A stretch of 64,000 bases of DNA, taken from contig JASGJH010000001.1 of the NCBI GenBank assembly GCA_047601445.1, positions 2,464,001 to 2,528,000 of the forward strand, written 5' to 3'. Shown here in pieces: positions 59,125-64,000 of this stretch. This DNA comes from Myxococcales bacterium (GTDB lineage Bacteria > Myxococcota_A > Polyangia > Polyangiales > DASUME01). Under the pieces are notes generated by a model. It had not been told where the DNA came from. It did no database searches and was given only the letters and a program-made list of their open reading frames with translations. The position numbers and the translations under genes were made by a program. How positions within the stretch are numbered: position 1 is the first letter of the stretch; every line of letters begins with the position of its first letter.

Positions 59125-59994
59125 TTGCGCTCTCGATTCCTTGTTCTTGCCCTACCCCTTGTCCTCGCTGCCTGCCCAAGCGATCCAGCTCCCACCACGG
59201 CGCCCAACAGCGGCGACGGGGATGGCGATGGGGACGGCGACGGGGACGGCGATGGCGACGACGCCGGCACCGTCGAGTGCGATGACGGCCCCACGCGCAC
59301 CTGCAAATGCGACGACGGCACCAAGGGCGTCCAGTACTGCAACGACGCCTTTGGCGACTACAGCGACTGCGACTGTGCAGGGGGCCCGCAGAACCTCAAG
59401 TGCAAAGCCGGTTACTACACCGGGACCTTCAAGGGCAAGTGGCGCACGGGCGCGCTCGATTTGGGTGGCGGCGTGGTGTTGTCGAACGCGGACATCGAGG
59501 CCAAGGGCACCAACGGCGCGCCTGGACTCGCACTGACGCTGGTGGAGATGGCCGATACAGGCGGTGAGTTCCCAACCTACGAGGTGAAGAACGGCTGCGT
59601 GTACGGCACCGCGAGCGCCTTCGGGGCCGACAATCATCCCTTCGTGGGCACCTTGAGTGGCTCGCTCGACTGCGAGACCGGCGCCTTCACCGGCATCATG
59701 GACGGCAAGTACAAGTTCTTCGACTCGGACGTGACCTTCTTCTTCTCTGGCCCCATGGTCGCGTCCTTCGATTCGGCGGGCTCCAAGCTCGACCAGGGAA
59801 CTTGGCGCATGAAGGAGAAGAACGCCAAGCCGACTGACAATCCGTGGGCAGGCGGTGAAGGCACCTGGGACGCCGTATGGAAGTCCACCGACTCACCCGA
59901 CGTGCCGAAAGAATGCCAAACCTTCATCGATATGGGAGGCGGCGCGAGCGACGGCGGCGTGTGGGATGGCGGCGGACCGCCGCTGAAGATTTAG
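59125..59994 (+). CDS. Cys-rich lipoprotein with GD linker (tandem paralogue 2)
   Basis: GGAGG-TTG start, LAAC lipobox, (GD)n, CKAGYYTG, HPFVGT, LDCETG. Confidence 0.75.
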   Translation: MRSRFLVLALPLVLAACPSDPAPTTAPNSGDGDGDGDGDGDGDGDDAGTVECDDGPTRTCKCDDGTKGVQYCNDAFGDYSDCDCAGGPQNLKCKAGYYTGTFKGKWRTGALDLGGGVVLSNADIEAKGTNGAPGLALTLVEMADTGGEFPTYEVKNGCVYGTASAFGADNHPFVGTLSGSLDCETGAFTGIMDGKYKFFDSDVTFFFSGPMVASFDSAGSKLDQGTWRMKEKNAKPTDNPWAGGEGTWDAVWKSTDSPDVPKECQTFIDMGGGASDGGVWDGGGPPLKI

Positions 59995-60223
59995 GCAACT
60001 GAGCGCGCGCAGCGCGTCTCCCTCAGACACGCTGCTCGGAGCCCTTCAACAGCTTGCCATTCCTGCGCGACCCCCGTCGAAGTGCGCGCATAGGTACTCG
60101 AACAGCTCGTAGTGCCCGACAAAGTAGACGCGTCCTAGCAGGATCTCGCGGCCATCGTGGAGCCGGAAGGTCAGCGAGGCGTCCATGTCGCCTCCCGTCC
60201 AAACTGAGAGTTCCTGGACGCGT

Positions 60224-60501
60224 TCAGGTCGACCTCCCGTGGCCCCTCAACGGGACGCCGTGCCAGACCCAGTGAACCTTCGAGCCGCGACAGATGACCT
60301 CGAAGATCACTTTGGCGTTCTCGTAGCTGCGCACGGTCCACCTGTAGAAAACACGGTGCTGGCGAGCGCCCCCACCAGCCACACGAGGCCGAGCCAGATG
60401 TTCGGGGCGGTGAACACCAGGACAGCTCCAATGATGCCCAGGCAGAACAGACCGATCATCGCAGCCGAGCTCGTTTGGCGTTGAACGAAGACACGGTCCA
60501 T
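60224..60501 (-). pseudogene. Possible small two-TM protein, frameshifted at a T4 run
   Basis: Two hydrophobic helices; plausible continuation FYRWTVRSYENAK in another frame at 60348-60351. Confidence 0.3.
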
Positions 60502-60542
60502 GTTGCCGAGCGCTGCCTCTCACCGGTGGGATTGCGAGCCGC

Positions 60543-61298
60543 CTATGCGGCGTCGTGCCCCAGCGCCCTGAGCAGCTCCTGGATCGACGTCCGCGTCCCC
60601 ACCTCGAGCGCGCGGCAGATCTGCGCGTGCCCGATGCTCACCTCGAGCAGCCCGGGTAGCTCACGCAACAGGGCGAGGTTGTGTCGGTCGAGATCGTGTC
60701 CCGCGTTGACCCCCAGCCCCACTTCGCGGGCCGCCTCCGCGCTCGCGTAGACCTCGGCCGTGCGTGCGGCCTGCTCCGACTTGCCGAACGCCCAAGCGAA
60801 GGGCCCCGTGTAGAGCTCCACGCGATCGGCCCCCGTGGCCTTCAGCGCACGCACCGACTCCGGATCGCAATCGACGAACAAGCTCACGCGGATACCCTTC
60901 TCGTGCAGCGCGCGCACGAAGGGCACCAGCGCGGGCACGTCGCGGGCCTCGAAGCCGTGATCGGAGGTGACCTCACCGGGTCGCACGGGCACTAGCGTGC
61001 ACTGGGCCGGCACCACGCGGGTCACCAACTCCAGGAGCTGCACCGAAGGTTCGCACTCGATGTTGTACTCGATGCCTGGCCAGCGCTGACGCATGTGCTC
61101 GGCCACCGCGGGCACGTCGTCGAAGCGGATGTGTCGCTGATCGGAGCGAGGATGCACCGTGATGCCGTGGGCGCCGGCCTCGAGGCAGACATCGACCATG
61201 TGAAGCAGGTTCGGTGCATCGTGGCCGCGCGAGTTGCGCACCAGCGCGTACTTGTTGATGTTCACCGAAAGCTTGGTCAACGGCCGTTCGATCGCCAT
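60543..61298 (-). CDS. pdxJ: Pyridoxine 5'-phosphate synthase
   Basis: LSVNIN, RNSR, ITVHPRSDQRHI, VSLFVD, ELYTG, NAGHDL, EVSIGHA. Confidence 0.95.
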   Translation of the reverse strand: MAIERPLTKLSVNINKYALVRNSRGHDAPNLLHMVDVCLEAGAHGITVHPRSDQRHIRFDDVPAVAEHMRQRWPGIEYNIECEPSVQLLELVTRVVPAQCTLVPVRPGEVTSDHGFEARDVPALVPFVRALHEKGIRVSLFVDCDPESVRALKATGADRVELYTGPFAWAFGKSEQAARTAEVYASAEAAREVGLGVNAGHDLDRHNLALLRELPGLLEVSIGHAQICRALEVGTRTSIQELLRALGHDAA

Positions 61299-61328
61299 GA
61301 AGGAACAGCATAGCGCGCGAGTCGAAGC

Positions 61329-61423
61329 GCGCCCTCGGGCGCGCGAGCAGAGAAATCACGCGCCCTCGGGCGCGCGAGCAGAGAAATCACGCGCCCTCGG
61401 GCGCGCGAGCAGAGAAATCACGC
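61329..61423. repeat. Three perfect tandem 31-bp units of the REP-like palindrome
   Basis: GCGCCCTCGGGCGCGCGAGCAGAGAAATCAC at 61329, 61360 and 61391, with no spacers. Confidence 0.9.
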
Positions 61424-61459
61424 ACGGGGCGATGCCCGCTCACGCCGCGCAATCCAGGC

Positions 61460-62227
61460 TCACTTGGGCGCCATGCGCAGGGCACCGTCGAGACGGATGC
61501 ACTCGCCGTTCAAGTAGTTGTTGTCGATGATGTGCAGCGCCAGCTGAGCGTATTCGCGTGGCATGCCCAGACGGCTCGGGAATGGGATGGCCGCGGCCAA
61601 GTTGACCCGCGCAGCCTCCGGCAACGAAGCCAGCATGGGCGTATCCACCGTGCCCGGACAGATGGTGCACACGCGAATGCCCTGCTTCGCCAGATCGCGC
61701 GCCACCGGCAGGGTCATGCCCACCACACCACCCTTCGATGCGCTGTAGGCGGCTTGCCCGATCTGCCCATCGAAGGCGGCCACCGAGGCCGTGTTGATGA
61801 TGACGCCACGGTGGTGGTCCGCATCGGCCTGATTCTTCGCCATTTGGGCCGCTGCCAAGCGCAGCACGTTGAAGGTGCCCACCAGGTTCACCGCGATGGT
61901 CTTCTCGAAGATCGCGAGCGGATGAGGCTCACCCGCCTTGTCGAGCACGCGCACCGCGAGCCCGATGCCGGCGCAGTTGATCACCGCACGCAGCTCTCCG
62001 AACTCGGCGGCCTCCTCGATGGCGGCCTTCACTTGATCCTCCCTGGACACGTCGGTCGCCATGAACAGAGCAGAGGCTCCGAGCTCCGCAGCCAGGGTTT
62101 CCCCGCGCTCGCGGTTCATGTCTGCGATCACGACCTTGGCCCCGCGCTCCACCAACGCGCGCACGGTGGCTTCACCGAGGCCGGAGGCGCCCCCCGAGAC
62201 CACTGCTGCCTTCCCCTGGATCTCCAT
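61460..62227 (-). CDS. 3-hydroxyacyl-CoA dehydrogenase type II-like SDR
   Basis: [43 protein letters not shown]. Confidence 0.9.
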   Translation of the reverse strand: MEIQGKAAVVSGGASGLGEATVRALVERGAKVVIADMNRERGETLAAELGASALFMATDVSREDQVKAAIEEAAEFGELRAVINCAGIGLAVRVLDKAGEPHPLAIFEKTIAVNLVGTFNVLRLAAAQMAKNQADADHHRGVIINTASVAAFDGQIGQAAYSASKGGVVGMTLPVARDLAKQGIRVCTICPGTVDTPMLASLPEAARVNLAAAIPFPSRLGMPREYAQLALHIIDNNYLNGECIRLDGALRMAPK

Positions 62228-62343
62228 CGCGATGTGCTCCTTGCTTGCGCACGCTCGACGCGCCACGCGCCGCCTCGCGAAAGCCTGCCATTCGACGCTG
62301 CGGACTCAAGGCTCCGCGTCGGACGCGGAGAGCGCTCGCAGTC

Positions 62344-63411
62344 CTACAGGGCTTGCGGCACGAGCTCGGCGGGTACGAGCTTGTCGAAGTCGGAAATCTT
62401 GGGGCACTTCTTGAGATCGGTCTTCTTGAAGACCACGACGTTGGCGCCGAACGTGGTTTGCGGATTGCTGCCGCCGGTGCCCATGCAGTCCGACTGCTTC
62501 GAGGACGGATCTGCCTTGGCTGCCAGGATCGAGGTTTTCGTGGTCTCGCCTGCGGAACCGAAGGACGTCTGGAACGTGCCGCGAGCCCCGTCCAGTTTGA
62601 AGCTGCCATCCTGCTGGGCGGTGTAAGCCGTCCAATTCATGCGGAGCTGCTGCACGATGTTGACCTGACAGGTCAGCCCCGAGTCGATGCCGAACGCCGA
62701 CACCTTGAGCTGCAACTGCGTGTAGAGACCTTCCTGACCAGCGCCTGAACCCGGCCAGATGCGCGGGTCGCTCAGGGAGGTGGGCAGCGCATGGTCGGTT
62801 TCGGTGCCGTCGTACCCCAGATACGTGCTGGCGGCCGGAGCATTGAGCGGTCCCGTATCCTTGTCCTTCACGAGATCCAGGGTGCGCGTGATGGGCAGCG
62901 AAGATGGAATCTTGGCCGCAGCCGAGGGGAAGAGGCTCGTGCTGGCCGTGCAGTTCTGCTCGCAGGTGCTGGCCACGGTCTGCCCGCACATATGCTCGGT
63001 GGACTTGAGCTTTCCGCTTTCGTCCTCGTTGACGAGAATCAGGAAGTAGCGACTCGTCACGCTCTTCACGAGCAACGTGCCGACGGGATCGCCTACGTAG
63101 GTCGAGCTCGTCTGTGGCTCGTCGAAGCGCGCCAGGTAGAACCCGAGCAAGCCCGCGTGACTGTCGTCCTTCGGCATCTCCGTCACGGACGCGTCCTTGA
63201 ACGTGTCCGGGGTGTTGTCGACCGTCCCCTGCTGATCGTCACCAGCGTCGGGAAAGTCATCGAGTGGCGCCGCGTCCGGATACATGGGGTTGTAGGCACC
63301 CTCGGGCCGCGAAAGCTCGCAACCGCTAAGGACCCCGCACAGGCACGATGCCAGGCCCAAGCCGGCCAGCTGTACCCGCGATCTCCGCGCGCTTCTCGTT
63401 CGAACACTCAT
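62344..63411 (-). CDS. Hypothetical lipoprotein
   Basis: Basic N-terminus, LSGC lipobox, Thr/Gly/Cys-rich beta domain. Confidence 0.7.
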   Translation of the reverse strand: MSVRTRSARRSRVQLAGLGLASCLCGVLSGCELSRPEGAYNPMYPDAAPLDDFPDAGDDQQGTVDNTPDTFKDASVTEMPKDDSHAGLLGFYLARFDEPQTSSTYVGDPVGTLLVKSVTSRYFLILVNEDESGKLKSTEHMCGQTVASTCEQNCTASTSLFPSAAAKIPSSLPITRTLDLVKDKDTGPLNAPAASTYLGYDGTETDHALPTSLSDPRIWPGSGAGQEGLYTQLQLKVSAFGIDSGLTCQVNIVQQLRMNWTAYTAQQDGSFKLDGARGTFQTSFGSAGETTKTSILAAKADPSSKQSDCMGTGGSNPQTTFGANVVVFKKTDLKKCPKISDFDKLVPAELVPQAL

Positions 63412-63564
63412 GACGGCACCTGGAAGCTAAGACTTGCACGACATGCCCGGGCGGCACACAGGCCCGCGACACGCAGTAGCAGCAGCTTTCGTACCACGAT
63501 CGAGGCCAGTACGAGAAGGTCCGAGCGAGCGAGCCACCCTGCGGGAGGCCCGCCCTCGCCTACC

Positions 63565-64000
63565 TCAGCCTACCCGCCAGGTCTCACCGGCGTTCAGAAG
63601 CGTTTGCACGCTTACACGCTTCGGCTTGGCCGCTTCGACCTGAGCGTTGAGCATGGCGTCGTAGCTCTCGAGCTGCACCTTGCGGATGACGCCGAGGGGC
63701 GTGGGGAACTGCGGCGCGCGCATGCGGCTGATCACGAAGGGAATCGTGTCGCTGGTCTCGTCGTGGATGAGCAGCTTGTCCTCGCCCACCTCGGCCACGT
63801 CGACCACCTGGGGACGCCCCTGGCTGTCGAGCATGATGCCCTTCTCGTTCTTCTCACCGAAGCGCATGGGCTTGCCGTGCTCGAGCATCAGCGCGTTGGC
63901 GGGACGGCTCTTCTTATCCTGCAGCTGCACGAAGGCGCCGTCGTTGAAGATGTTGCAGTTCTGGTAGACCTCGATGAACGCCGTGCCCTTGTGGGTGGCG
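63565..64000 (-). CDS. korB: 2-oxoacid:ferredoxin oxidoreductase beta subunit, C-terminal part (5' outside window)
   Basis: HKGTAFIEVYQNCNIFNDGAF, PTPLGVIR, ETWRV. Confidence 0.85.
   Translation of the reverse strand, partial: ATHKGTAFIEVYQNCNIFNDGAFVQLQDKKSRPANALMLEHGKPMRFGEKNEKGIMLDSQGRPQVVDVAEVGEDKLLIHDETSDTIPFVISRMRAPQFPTPLGVIRKVQLESYDAMLNAQVEAAKPKRVSVQTLLNAGETWRVG

Noticed and set aside
61329..61423. Possible CRISPR array (31-bp palindromic repeats)
   Set aside because: Units are directly adjacent with no spacers, and no cas genes are in the window.

Overview
High-GC bacterial chromosome segment with myxobacterial (Myxococcota, probably Polyangiales-like) character: tandem PilT ATPases, Ser/Thr kinase, degenerate FHA protein, Cys-rich lipoproteins with GDGDGD linkers, and a class I-type HMG-CoA reductase. 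The lineage call is inference from gene content. Housekeeping genes include guaA, mfd, the mutA-mutB-meaB methylmalonyl-CoA mutase operon, pdxJ, phoD and a partial 2-oxoacid:ferredoxin oxidoreductase beta subunit. The most notable element is a tightly coupled 10-gene minus-strand lipid cluster (6816-18128): catalytically degenerate HAD protein, fatty acyl-CoA reductase, extended SDR, polysaccharide-pyruvyl-transferase-like protein, two acyl-AMP ligases, enoyl-CoA hydratase, ACP, DAG-kinase-family kinase and PlsC acyltransferase. It looks like a dissociated and expanded version of the Myxococcus Elb ether-lipid machinery. An accessory-looking block (about 30.7-41.6 kb) carries glutaminase, PepA, two HdeD/DUF308 genes, a pair of unknown paralogues and two apparent single-base frameshifts. 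A dispersed REP-like palindrome family, a long structured intergenic element and back-to-back sigma54-type promoters were read directly from the sequence. No rRNA, tRNA, CRISPR array, integrase or transposase was recognised. All product calls come from motif recognition, not database searches.
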